A DNA stretch of 64,000 nucleotides from Lentisphaeria bacterium (GCA_041690595.1 JAWLHB010000010.1:124001-188000); one strand, 5' to 3'; shown: positions 17,056 to 27,234, counted from the stretch's first letter. The notes: a model not told the origin generated them from the letters alone. A program made the numbers and translations.

Positions 17056-19191
17056 CTAATGCTCGAAGAGTCGGTTAACCGGCAGCGTGACAAAGAAGCT
17101 GCTTCCTTCACCAACTCTGCTGCTGGCGGCAATCGCCCCCCCATGTCGTTCGGCAATCTTGCGGCAGACGGTGAGGCCGAGGCCGGTACCTTCGTACCGG
17201 TTTCCGGTATGGAGGCGCTGGAAAACGGTGAAGATGCGCTCAATATATTTCTCATCGAAGCCGATACCGTTGTCAGCGACACAGATCTCGACAAATGGGA
17301 CGGGGTGCGAGTCAATCTCTTTGGTGATGGTTGTGGCAGAGAGCTTGACCACAGGGGCAACGTCTGGGCGGTGGAACTTCAGCGCATTGCCGATAAGATT
17401 CTGAAGTAGCTGTCGCATCTGGGTGGAATCGGCCTCGATGACGGGCAGCGTCTCCACATCCACTTGCCCATGCGTCTCTTCAATACGCACCTCCAGATCC
17501 GAAAGGACTTCATGGGCAACGGCATTGAGGTCTACCAACGTGAATTCCTGTTCCTTTCGGCCGATGCGCGAATAGGTGAGGAGGTCCCGGATCAGCCTGT
17601 CCATGCGGACGACCGAGTGCTGCATGCGTTCGAGGTAGAGGAGCCCTTCGCTGGAAAGAGAATCCTCGCATTTGGCGCGCAGTCGATCGCCAAAAACCTG
17701 CACTTTGCGCAAGGGCTCCTGCAGGTCATGGGAGGCGACATGAACGAAATCAGCGAGCTCGCGATTGGTGTGCTCGAGCTTTGCCGTGAACTTCCGGTGC
17801 TCATCTTCGGCGCGAACGCGGTCGGTGATATCCGTCATGATGCCGATGTAGTGAGTGAGCATCCCGTTTTCGTCGGGTACAGGGGCAATATCGAGCTCCG
17901 ACCAGAACATTCGCCCATCGCGGCTGTAGTTGCGCAAGATGACGCGGCATTCCCGTGCCTGGGCGACGGCGGCGACAACTTCCTGGGCGGCTGGTTGCTG
18001 GCGGTCCTGCCCATAGAGGAAGTCGAGTCCGCTCCCAATGGTCTCGTCCGCGGGATAGCCGGTGATGCGCTCGAAACTTGGGTTGACGTAGATGATCTGA
18101 TTCCCTGGGACATGCGGATCCGTAATGACAATGCCGCAGCTGCTCGCGGCGATGGCGCGATCCAGAACGCGAATGGCGTTTTCGGCGCTGAGGCGCTCTG
18201 CTTCCTCCTGCTCATGCATTGCCGAGGAGTGCTGCAGATCCAGCAGGCGGTTCTTCAACTTCTGCTCCGCCTCACGGAATCTGCGAATCGCATCGATTCC
18301 CTGCCTGTGGCTGTGATGATAATCCAGGATGAGCCCGCAAATCGGCAGTGCATAAGCGATGGCCTTGTAGATAATGGCGAAGCTGTAGTGGCGGCCGTAA
18401 AGGTAGTCGGCGCCAAAGGCGCAATGAAGCTGGGCAAAAAGATCGAGCACCAGGGAGAGGAGTACGCCGAGGGCAGTGCGGCTGGGAAACCGGGCGTAGA
18501 ACTGAGGGAATATAAGGAGCGCCAACAGGAGGTAGAAACAGAATGCGATGAAATCCCATGGCCGCTTGAGGAATGCATCCTGCTGAATCGTGTCCGGAAC
18601 GCTGCTTGTCGTGTTCAGCAGAAAGACGGTGAAGAAGCCAATGACACAGATGACCAGCGTGCCGATCGCGAGATAACTCCACACCGTGCGCGGCGGCAGG
18701 GCCGGCTTATCACGGAAAAAGAGCAGAAAGGCAAGGCAGACGACATTCAGGATGATGGCCTTGCTGAGGCGTGTGAAGACCCAGCTCAGCGGCACGACGT
18801 CGGCCAGTGGAGCGGTTCCAACGATGACGCCATCGACGGTCAGCAGGTGAAAAAGCTCCAGAAGCCCCGAGAAATAGACGGCGGAGATCAGGGCAATAAC
18901 GGCGACATCGCGTCGCACATGATAGTGGGCAAGCCCAAGGAGCATGCCCAGTACGGCCAGCGTCAAGATGACAACATGGGCAAAGGTCTGGGCATAGAAT
19001 GGTTGCGCTACCAGCTCTCTCAGGCGGGAGGCACCCGTTTCAGGTGCGCCGGCATCCCATACCAATGCCAGAAGTGACAGGAGTAGGCATAGTGCGAGGG
19101 CCACCGCAATGGAGATTCGTACCTCCTTGTCGGCGATCAGCTTCTTGAAGTAATCCTGTTGAACCAAGCTCGTCTCCGTGAAGCACGCCAT
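17056..19191 (-). CDS. Sensor histidine kinase with polytopic (MASE3-like) membrane domain and LOV-like PAS
   Basis: About 8 hydrophobic segments, PAS GIVITDP...NYSRDGRMFW, H-box VASHDLQEPLRKV, NLIGNALKF, DNGIGF, GTGLGL. Confidence 0.92.
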   Translation of the reverse strand: MACFTETSLVQQDYFKKLIADKEVRISIAVALALCLLLSLLALVWDAGAPETGASRLRELVAQPFYAQTFAHVVILTLAVLGMLLGLAHYHVRRDVAVIALISAVYFSGLLELFHLLTVDGVIVGTAPLADVVPLSWVFTRLSKAIILNVVCLAFLLFFRDKPALPPRTVWSYLAIGTLVICVIGFFTVFLLNTTSSVPDTIQQDAFLKRPWDFIAFCFYLLLALLIFPQFYARFPSRTALGVLLSLVLDLFAQLHCAFGADYLYGRHYSFAIIYKAIAYALPICGLILDYHHSHRQGIDAIRRFREAEQKLKNRLLDLQHSSAMHEQEEAERLSAENAIRVLDRAIAASSCGIVITDPHVPGNQIIYVNPSFERITGYPADETIGSGLDFLYGQDRQQPAAQEVVAAVAQARECRVILRNYSRDGRMFWSELDIAPVPDENGMLTHYIGIMTDITDRVRAEDEHRKFTAKLEHTNRELADFVHVASHDLQEPLRKVQVFGDRLRAKCEDSLSSEGLLYLERMQHSVVRMDRLIRDLLTYSRIGRKEQEFTLVDLNAVAHEVLSDLEVRIEETHGQVDVETLPVIEADSTQMRQLLQNLIGNALKFHRPDVAPVVKLSATTITKEIDSHPVPFVEICVADNGIGFDEKYIERIFTVFQRLHTGNRYEGTGLGLTVCRKIAERHGGAIAASSRVGEGSSFFVTLPVNRLFEH

Positions 19192-19230
19192 TGTCAGCCG
19201 CAGAACGAAGCTGAGGTAAGAACTGACCTA

Positions 19231-19259
19231 AAGGTAAACAGCGGATGGTCGATTGTCAA
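19231..19259 (-). promoter_or_regulatory. Putative sigma70 promoter of the two-kinase cluster
   Basis: Minus strand TTGACA-N17-TACCTT, 40 nt upstream of ATG 19191. Confidence 0.55.
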
Positions 19260-19273
19260 CGCGGTCGTGTTGC

Positions 19274-20098
19274 TCAATCGCGATGCGCCGGCGCTGTGAG
19301 GAGGCGACGCTGGCGCACGGCTTCGTAAAGGAGCAGGGTGACGGAGCTGGCAACATTGAGTGAATCCGCCTGGCCCAGCATGGGGATGCTTACCTGCATA
19401 TCGGCCTGTTCCATCCATTTATCGGAGAGACCATATTGCTCGGTGCCGACGACAATGGCAACGCCTTGCGCCATGTCGACGTCGGTGTAGCACTCGCTGG
19501 CGTGAGGCGAGGCGGCAAGGACCTTGAGGCCGAGTTCTCTGCACCAGGCGAGAGTGGCTTGGCTGCCGGCTTCGACGACCGGCACGGTAAAAAGAGTGCC
19601 GATACTGGCCCGCACTACGTTTGGATTGTAGATGTCGGTACAGCGATCACAGACAATAAGGGCGGTGGCACCGGCGGCATCGGCGCTGCGCAGGATGGTT
19701 CCCAGATTACCGGGCTTTTCAATGGCCTCGGCAACAAGGTAGAGGCCCTTCGGATCGGCCGGAAGATCGGCGAGAGTGCGCTCGACCTGCGGAGCTATGG
19801 CAAGCAGCCCTTCGGGGCGATCCCGATAAGCCATCTTGGCAAAGACGGTCTCCGCGACCTCGACGGACTGGGCGCCGGACTGCTCGACACGCCGGACCAG
19901 ATCCATTTCATTGCTGCCCAGGAAGAAGGCGGGGCAGTAGTAGATCTCGTCCATGGAGACGCCATTTTCCGTGGCTCTCAAGATGGGGCGGTAGCCCTCA
20001 ATGACGAGCTTTCGCTGCTCATCGCGCTGGTTTCGGTTGCGCAGCTTGACGACGTTCTTGACCCGTTCATTCTGCAGGCTGGTAATGGAGATGGCCAT
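19274..20098 (-). CDS. TrmH/SpoU family RNA 2'-O-methyltransferase
   Basis: ITSLQNERVK, PGNLGTILRSADAAG, VVGTEQYGLS, IPMLG..DSLNVA. Confidence 0.92.
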   Translation of the reverse strand: MAISITSLQNERVKNVVKLRNRNQRDEQRKLVIEGYRPILRATENGVSMDEIYYCPAFFLGSNEMDLVRRVEQSGAQSVEVAETVFAKMAYRDRPEGLLAIAPQVERTLADLPADPKGLYLVAEAIEKPGNLGTILRSADAAGATALIVCDRCTDIYNPNVVRASIGTLFTVPVVEAGSQATLAWCRELGLKVLAASPHASECYTDVDMAQGVAIVVGTEQYGLSDKWMEQADMQVSIPMLGQADSLNVASSVTLLLYEAVRQRRLLTAPAHRD

Positions 20099-20101
20099 CG
20101 A

Positions 20102-20539
20102 CTACTTCTTTTCCCCTGCTTTGGGAGCAGGGCTGGTTTCGGCCGGCTTGGCATCCTCCTGCAGTTTGTCGATCCGCGCCTGGAGTCGCTTCAGTTGGGC
20201 CTGTTGTTTGGCTTCGTTGTTGCGCATCTCTTCCTTCAGAGAGTTGAGGGTAGTCCGCAACTCGGTGTTTTCCTTCTGCATGGCAGTCAGTCTGGTGGTC
20301 AACTCGGCGGCGGCCTGCTGGGCAGCAGTCTGCTCCGTCTGAGACTGGCGCAGATTCTGCAGAAGTTGATCCACTTCCTTCTGGAGTTCATCGACTTCCC
20401 GGTTGTAAGCGGGCTCCAGCATGACATCCGAGGGCGTGGCGGCTGCTTGATAAAAGAGGAAGGCCAAGCCGACGAAGAGGAGGGCAAAGGCGACGGTGCT
20501 GAAGACGCGCAGCACACGTATTTTCTGAATACCAGTCAT
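20102..20539 (-). CDS. Membrane-anchored coiled-coil hypothetical protein
   Basis: N-terminal TM helix followed by heptad-rich Q/E/K sequence. AGGAGA RBS precedes ATG 20539. Confidence 0.7.
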   Translation of the reverse strand: MTGIQKIRVLRVFSTVAFALLFVGLAFLFYQAAATPSDVMLEPAYNREVDELQKEVDQLLQNLRQSQTEQTAAQQAAAELTTRLTAMQKENTELRTTLNSLKEEMRNNEAKQQAQLKRLQARIDKLQEDAKPAETSPAPKAGEKK

Positions 20540-20562
20540 GGTCTCTCCTGTGTACGCCGATG

Positions 20563-20589
20563 AAAAAAGAGGGCGGCTGCAAACCGCCA
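20563..20589 (-). terminator. Putative terminator after the suf operon
   Basis: Minus strand GGCGG-TTTGCAG-CCGCC-CTCTTTTTT. Confidence 0.5.
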
Positions 20590-20652
20590 CTTATTACCAT
20601 GCACGCAGCACTGCCCGCGTACAACGGCTGCGGGCGGAAAGAGGTGGCTGCT

Positions 20653-21024
20653 TTACCAGTCCAGCCCCATATCGAGGCGAATTTCTTCGCTGACCATCTC
20701 CATGGACCATGGCGGATCCCAGGTGATTTCGATGTCGACCTCCTTGACGCCCTTGGCGTTGCGCAGGATGTAGTCGATTTCCTGCAGCAGTTGCGGGCCA
20801 TAGGGGCAGCCCGGGGTGGTGAGGGTCATGGTCACCTTGATCTTCCCCCCACCCTCGTTGGCGACGCCATAGATCAGGCCGAGATCGACGATGTTGACGC
20901 CGATCTCCGGATCGTAGACTTCACGCAGGAGGCTCTTGATTTCTGCTTCGGTCAGGGTGCAGGGGATCTCTTCCTGCTCGTCGACGCCGTCCTCACTCTT
21001 CTTCTTCGAAAAGAACATAGCCAT
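20653..21024 (-). CDS. DUF59/SufT (PaaD-like) Fe-S cluster assembly factor
   Basis: LREVYDPEIGVNIVDLGLIY, MTLTTPGCP, TWDPPWS. Confidence 0.9.
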   Translation of the reverse strand: MAMFFSKKKSEDGVDEQEEIPCTLTEAEIKSLLREVYDPEIGVNIVDLGLIYGVANEGGGKIKVTMTLTTPGCPYGPQLLQEIDYILRNAKGVKEVDIEITWDPPWSMEMVSEEIRLDMGLDW

Positions 21025-21472
21025 TATCCTCGCTGAGGGTCGGTACTTTCAAGTGAAATCTGCCGTCTTTGCACTGGGCGAGTGTTTCGAGCGACAGGCT
21101 GAAGACAAAATTCTGCAGGTGCGCCTGCAAGCGACTGATGGGTTGCTTGATGTTGCAGGCAAGCTCCTGGTCGCACGAGTAGTGATCGCCGGTGCATGGG
21201 GCGACATGAACAGGACCGTCGACCGCCTCGAGGACTTCTCCGAGTACCATGTCGGCCAGGCTTCGACGGAGCCGATAGCCCCCTTTTGCACCTTGGATGG
21301 ATTCAACAATCTCAGCCCGGGTGAGGGCCTGCATGACTTTGCCCAGGATGTCAGGGGGAATGTTGTAATGCTCGGCTATTTCTCTGGCGGATGCTGGCGC
21401 CTGGTCATCCAGCGACGCGATGTGCTGGAGAGAAATGAGGGCATATTCGGCCTTTTTGCTCAACTTTAGCAT
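20993..21472 (-). CDS. Rrf2 family transcriptional regulator (three-Cys, Fe-S binding type)
   Basis: MLKLSKKAEYAL, EIAEHYNIP, GAKGGYRL, C-x6-C-x5-C. Confidence 0.92.
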   Translation of the reverse strand: MLKLSKKAEYALISLQHIASLDDQAPASAREIAEHYNIPPDILGKVMQALTRAEIVESIQGAKGGYRLRRSLADMVLGEVLEAVDGPVHVAPCTGDHYSCDQELACNIKQPISRLQAHLQNFVFSLSLETLAQCKDGRFHLKVPTLSEDNGYVLFEEEE

Positions 21473-21492
21473 GTGCAGCAAGCCATCCACCT

Positions 21493-21945
21493 CTATTCGG
21501 TGGAGATTGGCTCCTCCCGGTTCTTGAGTGCGGCCTGAAGGGCGTGCCAGGCGAGGGTGGCACATTTGACGCGGACGGGGAATTCGCAGACTCCCTCGAG
21601 AACGCGCAGCTTGCCGAGCGACTCGGATGGCGGACAACTGGTTTCTCCGGTCAACATGCGGTGCACTTCGTGGAAAAGATGCTCCACTTCCGACAACGAC
21701 TTGCCTTTCACGGCAGTAGTCAACAAGGAAGCCGATGCCTTGGAAATGGCGCATCCCGAGCCTTGGAAGCTGACATCGTCGACGATCTTGTCGTCATCGA
21801 TATGGACGAAGACGGTGATACGATCGCCGCACATGGGGTTCGTCCCCTCCGCGCAGTGGGTGCAGTCAGTCATCTCGCGAAAGTTTCGCGGGCTCTTGTA
21901 GTGATCGAGGATGACTTCCTGATAGAGTTCGGATAAGTCTGACAT
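21493..21945 (-). CDS. sufU: SufU/NifU-like Fe-S assembly sulfur-transfer protein
   Basis: LYQEVILDHY, NPMCGD, GSGCAISKAS, RVKCATLAWH. Confidence 0.94.
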   Translation of the reverse strand: MSDLSELYQEVILDHYKSPRNFREMTDCTHCAEGTNPMCGDRITVFVHIDDDKIVDDVSFQGSGCAISKASASLLTTAVKGKSLSEVEHLFHEVHRMLTGETSCPPSESLGKLRVLEGVCEFPVRVKCATLAWHALQAALKNREEPISTE

Positions 21946-23207
21946 CAGCCGAAGAGCTCCACGATTTTGGGAATGACGGCGACCATGCGGTCGATTTCAT
22001 CCCTGGTGTTGTAGAATGCGAAAGAGGCGCGGGCGGTGGCGGGAACGCCGAACCTGTCCATCACGGGTTGTGCGCAATGATGACCGGCGCGTATGGCGAT
22101 CCCATCATGGTCCATGAAGGTACCGATATCGTGCGGGTGAACGCCATCCAGCACAAAGGAGAGGACGCCAGCCTTCTGGGCCGCGGTACCGATCAGCCGG
22201 ACACCGGGAATGGCGGTCACCGCGGCGGTGGCGTAATCAAGCAGTTCCGTCTCCCAGGCATGAATCCTGTCCATGCCGACGGCGCCGAGATAATCAAGGG
22301 CGGCGCCCAGACCGACAACGTCGGCTATGCTGGGTGTGCCGGCTTCGAACTTGTATGGAAGCTCATTATACGTCGTCTTCTCGAAGGTGACGGAGCTGAT
22401 CATGTCGCCCCCGCCATGGAAGGGAGGCATCTTCTCCAATAGTTCACGCTTACCGTAGAGCAGGCCGATGCCGGTAGGGCCAAAGATCTTGTGTCCCGAG
22501 CAAACGAAGAAATCGCAGTCCATCGCCTGGACATCGATCGGCATATGGGGGGCGGACTGGGCTCCGTCGACGAGGACCGGAATGCCGCGATCGTGGGCCA
22601 GTTCGATGATCTCACTCACCGGATTGATCGTCCCCAGAGCGTTGGAGACATGGACAATCGCCACCAGGCGGGTTCTGTCGGTGAGCAGCCGTTCATACTC
22701 GTCCATGAGCAGCTCACCGGCATCGTTCATGGGGATGACCTTGAGGACGGCCCCTTTCTCCTCGCAGAGCATCTGCCATGGGACGATGTTGGAGTGGTGC
22801 TCCATGGCGCTGATGATGATCTCGTCGCCGGCACCGACCATGGAGGCGCCATAGCTGCGCATCACCAGATTGATTCCTTCGGTGGCGCCGCGGACATAGA
22901 TGATCTCCTGCTCGAAGGCGGCGTTGAGAAAGGCCTGAGCCTTGCGCCGGGTCGCTTCGAAGAGGTCGGTCGCCCGCTGACTGAGCAGATGGACGCCACG
23001 ATGAACGTTGGCGTTGTCCCGCAGATAAAAGTCGCAGATGGCGTCAACGACGGCCAGCGGCTTCTGGGCGGTGGCGGCATTATCGAGATAGACGAGGGGT
23101 TTGCCGTGCACGGTTTGCTTGAGGATGGGGAAATCCTCTCGCAACAATGCCACATCGAGGGGTTCCCTCAGCGGTCGCACATTCTGTTGGTTGGCAGTCG
23201 TCTGCAT
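21945..23207 (-). CDS. sufS: Cysteine desulfurase SufS
   Basis: YLDNAAT, EHHSNIVPW, SGHK (PLP lysine), IRAGHHCAQP. Confidence 0.96.
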   Translation of the reverse strand: MQTTANQQNVRPLREPLDVALLREDFPILKQTVHGKPLVYLDNAATAQKPLAVVDAICDFYLRDNANVHRGVHLLSQRATDLFEATRRKAQAFLNAAFEQEIIYVRGATEGINLVMRSYGASMVGAGDEIIISAMEHHSNIVPWQMLCEEKGAVLKVIPMNDAGELLMDEYERLLTDRTRLVAIVHVSNALGTINPVSEIIELAHDRGIPVLVDGAQSAPHMPIDVQAMDCDFFVCSGHKIFGPTGIGLLYGKRELLEKMPPFHGGGDMISSVTFEKTTYNELPYKFEAGTPSIADVVGLGAALDYLGAVGMDRIHAWETELLDYATAAVTAIPGVRLIGTAAQKAGVLSFVLDGVHPHDIGTFMDHDGIAIRAGHHCAQPVMDRFGVPATARASFAFYNTRDEIDRMVAVIPKIVELFG

Positions 23208-23216
23208 GGCACCTTA

Positions 23217-24542
23217 TCAGACCTCCATTCGAGTGAAACGCTGGCGCATCATGTTGCTGAGGTGTTCGCGAACCGGTTCGACCTGCATGTCGTCGATGGC
23301 CTCGCCCCCGAAGGCGGCGGTAAGCATCGCGCGAGCCTGGTCGCGGCCGATGCCGCGCGCCTGCAAGTAGAAGAGAGCGTCCGGATCCAGCTGCCCGATG
23401 GTGGCACCATGAGTACATTTGACGTCATCGGCAAAGATCAGCAACTCGGGCTTTGTATTTATTCTTGCCCGGTCGGAGAGGAGAAGCGCCCGATTAGTCT
23501 GACGCGCATCGGTCTTCTGTGCATCGTGGTGAACATGAATTCTGCCGTTGAAGACGCCTTGGGCGCGATCATCGAGAATGCCCTTGTAGATCTCATGGCT
23601 CTGGCAGCGGGGCTTGGCGTGTTCGATGATGGTATGGTTATCCACGAGTTGGCGACCGGCGCCAAGATAGAGCCCGTTGAGGGTGCACTCGCAGCCTTCG
23701 CCGTCAAGGACGGCATTGACAGCGTTGCGCGTCAGGCTGCCACCAATGGAAACCGCGTGGGAGGTGAGGTGCGCATCTCTGTCCATGTGAACCTGTGTCG
23801 TAGAGACATGATAGGCCGACAGGCTCTCGCGCTGAGTGCGGTAGTGATCCAGCCGAGCGTTTTCGCCGACGACAATCTCCGTGACGGGATTGCACAAGTA
23901 GGTGCTTTCCGCCAAACCCACGTAGCTTTCGAGAACGATGGCCGAAGCGCCGCGTTCCGCGACGATCAGATTGCGCGGGTGCATCATCAATCCTTCGGCA
24001 GCACCGGTGGAGACGTAGAGCAGGTGGATCGGTTCAGAAAGCTGCTTGCCAGCGCCGACGCGAATGACGGCTCCCTCGGCAAGAAAACCGGTGTTCAGCG
24101 CCGCGAATGGATTGCCGGCCGCTTGAGTCTGCCCGTCCAGATGCGCCCGCAGGAGCTCCGCCTGATCACCGGCAAGGGCCTGAGTCAGTGTCTGCACCGT
24201 AACGCCGTCGGGCATAGAATCCATCCTGGAGAGCGGGCGGCTCCATACGCCATCGACAAAGACAACAAGAGTGGGAGCGACATCCTGAAAGGTGTACTCC
24301 GCCAGTTCTCCGGCGGTCACCTCGGCAGTCGCGGCGGGCGAAAGCTGGAACTGCGCCTTGACGATGGGGGTAACATCGGTGAAGCGCCAGTCCTCGTCAC
24401 GAGTGGTAGGAAATCCCTGTACCCGAAAGCTGTTCAACCCCTTCTGGCGCAGATCGCGGAGCCAGTCCGGGACACCATTCTGCGCCTGCAGTTGGTCGAA
24501 GCTCGCGGTCAGGTAGTCGGGTGCAACCGCGGTCGAAGTCAT
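23217..24542 (-). CDS. sufD: Fe-S cluster assembly protein SufD
   Basis: EDWRFT, DAQKTDA.Q, KPELLIFADDVKCTHGAT, FYLQARGI. Confidence 0.94.
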   Translation of the reverse strand: MTSTAVAPDYLTASFDQLQAQNGVPDWLRDLRQKGLNSFRVQGFPTTRDEDWRFTDVTPIVKAQFQLSPAATAEVTAGELAEYTFQDVAPTLVVFVDGVWSRPLSRMDSMPDGVTVQTLTQALAGDQAELLRAHLDGQTQAAGNPFAALNTGFLAEGAVIRVGAGKQLSEPIHLLYVSTGAAEGLMMHPRNLIVAERGASAIVLESYVGLAESTYLCNPVTEIVVGENARLDHYRTQRESLSAYHVSTTQVHMDRDAHLTSHAVSIGGSLTRNAVNAVLDGEGCECTLNGLYLGAGRQLVDNHTIIEHAKPRCQSHEIYKGILDDRAQGVFNGRIHVHHDAQKTDARQTNRALLLSDRARINTKPELLIFADDVKCTHGATIGQLDPDALFYLQARGIGRDQARAMLTAAFGGEAIDDMQVEPVREHLSNMMRQRFTRMEV

Positions 24543-25312
24543 ACGGCGGCCTCCTGCGCTTTCTTCTCTTGCTCCTCAATGAGCCAGTCGTAACCGTTCT
24601 CTTCCAGATACAAGGCAAGATCCTTGTCCCCGGATTTGACGATCCGCCCCTTGTAGAGGACATGGACGAAGTCCGGCTGTATGTAGTCGAGAAGCCGCTG
24701 ATAGTGGGTGATCATGATCACGGCATTCTCGGCGCCGCGATAAGTTTCTACGCCACCGGCCACGACCTTGAGTGCGTCGATGTCCAGACCAGAATCCGTC
24801 TCGTCGAGGATGGCGAGTTTCGGTTCGAGCATGAGCATCTGAAAGATCTCATTGCGTTTCTTTTCGCCGCCGGAGAAGCCTTCATTGACGGAGCGCTTGG
24901 TGAGATCGGCATCGATACCGACCACCTTCATTCTGGCGCGCATCATGGTCATGAAGTCCATGGCATCCAAGGGCTCCTCGCCGCGGGCTTCCCGGATGGC
25001 GTTGACAGCCGCTTTAAGAAAATAGGTATTGGTGACGCCGGGAATCTCGACCGGGTACTGAAAAGCGAGGAAGATACCGCGCTGGGCACGTTCTTCAGGA
25101 GCCAGCCCGAGGAGATCGGCGCCTTCGTAGGTGACACTGCCGCCGGTAACGTCGAATGCTTCGTGGCCTGCCAAAACCTGCGAGAGGGTGCTCTTGCCGG
25201 AACCATTCGGTCCCATGATGGCGTGCACCTCGCCCTTGTTCACCGAGAGAGTGAGGCCATTGAGGATGGTCTTGCCGTCTATTGCGGCCTTCAGATCGTT
25301 GATTTCAAGCAT
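24539..25312 (-). CDS. sufC: Fe-S cluster assembly ATPase SufC
   Basis: GPNGSGKST, FQYPVEIPGV, FSGGEKKRNE, LDETDSGLD. Confidence 0.96.
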   Translation of the reverse strand: MLEINDLKAAIDGKTILNGLTLSVNKGEVHAIMGPNGSGKSTLSQVLAGHEAFDVTGGSVTYEGADLLGLAPEERAQRGIFLAFQYPVEIPGVTNTYFLKAAVNAIREARGEEPLDAMDFMTMMRARMKVVGIDADLTKRSVNEGFSGGEKKRNEIFQMLMLEPKLAILDETDSGLDIDALKVVAGGVETYRGAENAVIMITHYQRLLDYIQPDFVHVLYKGRIVKSGDKDLALYLEENGYDWLIEEQEKKAQEAAV

Positions 25313-25347
25313 CTTATACTCCAAAGGGAAAAAGTTGTTCGTAATAC

Positions 25348-26835
25348 TCAGCCGACGCTGCCTTCAAGGCTGACGCCAAGCAGTTTGCGTGCTTCGACGG
25401 CAAACTCGAGGGGTAGCTCGCGGAAGACTTCCTTGCAGAAGCCATTGACGATCATGGAGACCGCGTCTTCCTCTGAAATCCCGCGTTGGCGGCAGTAGAA
25501 GAGCTGGTCGTCACCGATCTTGGAGGTGGTCGCTTCGTGCTCGATCTGGGCAGTTGAGTTACGTGCTTCGATATAGGGAAACGTGTGAGCACCACACTTG
25601 TCGCCGATCAGGAGAGAATCGCATTCGGAATGATTCCGTGCGTTGGTCGCACCTGGCGTGATGCGGACCAGACCGCGATAGCTGTTCTGCCCCCGCCCGG
25701 CGGAGATGCCCTTGGAGACAATGGTGCTGCGCGTGTTCTTGCCGATATGGATCATCTTGGTTCCCGTATCGGCCTGCTGATAGTTGTTGGTGAGCGCGAC
25801 GGAATAGAACTCGCCGATCGAGTTATCGCCGCGCAGCACGCAACTGGGGTACTTCCAGGTGATGGCGGAGCCGGTCTCCACCTGCGTCCAGGAAATCTTG
25901 CTGTTCTCGCCTTCGCACAGGCCGCGCTTGGTGACGAAGTTATAAATACCGCCCTTGCCCTGCTTGTCACCCGGATACCAGTTCTGGATGGTCGAATACT
26001 TGATCTGGGCATCCTTGTGGGCGACGAGTTCGACCACCGCCGCGTGCAGCTGGTTCTCATCGCGCATCGGAGCGGTGCATCCCTCCAAGTAGCTGACGTA
26101 GGCGCCTTCGTCTGCGATGATCAGCGTCCGCTCGAACTGCCCCGTGCTCTTGGCATTGATGCGGAAGTAGGTGGACAACTCCATGGGACAGCGAACGCCC
26201 TTCGGAACGTAACAGAAGGAACCATCGCTGAAGACCGCCGAATTGAGCGAGGCGTAGAAATTGTCCTTATACGGCACCACGCTGCCAAGATACTTCTTGA
26301 TCAGTTCGGGATGGGTATGAACCGCTTCGCTGAAGGAGCAGAAAATGACGCCCGCCTCGCCCAGCTTTGCCTTGAAAGTCGTGGCGACGGAGACGCTGTC
26401 GAAGACCGCATCAACTGCCACGCCGGCCAGAATCTTCTGCTCGCCGAGGGGAATACCCAGCTTCTCGTAGGTAGCCAGGATCTCCGGGTCGACCTCGTCC
26501 AAGCTGGCCAGTTCCTTCTTCTTGGGCGCCGAGTAGTAATGGATGTCCTGGAAATCGATCCGGGGATAGTGCACGTTGGGCCACTTCGGCTCCTCGAGCG
26601 TCTGCCAATGACGGAAGGCTTGCAGGCGCCACTCCAACAACCATTCCGGCTCATTCTTCCTGGCCGAAATGTAGTGAATCGTCTCCTCGGTCAGCCCCTT
26701 TGGAGCCATGTCGGATTCGACGTCGGTGACGAAGCCATACTTGTACTCCTGCTGAGTAAAGGCCTCGACGGCTTGATCGGCTTTGCTCTTCGCCGATGGC
26801 TGCGCTTGCTTTATGTCATCCGGTATCGACGACAT
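25348..26835 (-). CDS. sufB: Fe-S cluster assembly protein SufB
   Basis: [51 protein letters not shown]. Confidence 0.97.
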   Translation of the reverse strand: MSSIPDDIKQAQPSAKSKADQAVEAFTQQEYKYGFVTDVESDMAPKGLTEETIHYISARKNEPEWLLEWRLQAFRHWQTLEEPKWPNVHYPRIDFQDIHYYSAPKKKELASLDEVDPEILATYEKLGIPLGEQKILAGVAVDAVFDSVSVATTFKAKLGEAGVIFCSFSEAVHTHPELIKKYLGSVVPYKDNFYASLNSAVFSDGSFCYVPKGVRCPMELSTYFRINAKSTGQFERTLIIADEGAYVSYLEGCTAPMRDENQLHAAVVELVAHKDAQIKYSTIQNWYPGDKQGKGGIYNFVTKRGLCEGENSKISWTQVETGSAITWKYPSCVLRGDNSIGEFYSVALTNNYQQADTGTKMIHIGKNTRSTIVSKGISAGRGQNSYRGLVRITPGATNARNHSECDSLLIGDKCGAHTFPYIEARNSTAQIEHEATTSKIGDDQLFYCRQRGISEEDAVSMIVNGFCKEVFRELPLEFAVEARKLLGVSLEGSVG

Positions 26836-26951
26836 GATTGCACCTCATAATCGATAAATGGCTCTTTTGTCGGGTCCCCGGGACGCTAAACAGTTCAGCG
26901 CAAGCGGCTGCCGAAGCAGTGGGAAAACGTGTTACCACTACTATAACGCCG

Positions 26952-26976
26952 AAATGCGACTTTTTTAGTCCTATAT
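26952..26976 (-). promoter_or_regulatory. Candidate Rrf2/IscR-type operator upstream of sufB
   Basis: Minus strand ATATAG-GACT-AAAAA-AGTC-GCATTT (GACT-N5-AGTC dyad), just upstream of a TATAGT hexamer (26940-26945). Confidence 0.6.
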
Positions 26977-27234
26977 CCTCAATATCCCAAAAAATCGGGG
27001 CAGGACAGGCCGTCCATGGCGTCATGGGGCAGGAGAGGAGCGATGTCTTATCTCTGCTTGGCCAGCGAAATCAGCTCCGGATCTGGTCAGAAAGATGCGC
27101 GAATAGCCGTAAGGGTCTGCCCCAGTTCCTCCTGACATGGGATAATGACCTGACTCTGCCAATTCCGGGTATACGGCTATGGCGTTTTGAGGTAGCGGTG
27201 GCGAGGCGAGATCCGCCAGGCTATGGTACATGAT

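Noticed and set aside
14542..17409. 955-aa plus-strand ORF, and similar long ORFs at 22491-24593, 27891-29645, 37918-39474, 56397-58238 and 59348-60922
   Set aside because: Antisense shadows of well-supported genes. High-GC codon bias suppresses stops on the opposite strand, and no family motifs are present.
26838..27233. 131-aa ORF between sufB and the ArfB-like gene
   Set aside because: Atypical composition, and it spans the AT-rich suf promoter/operator region
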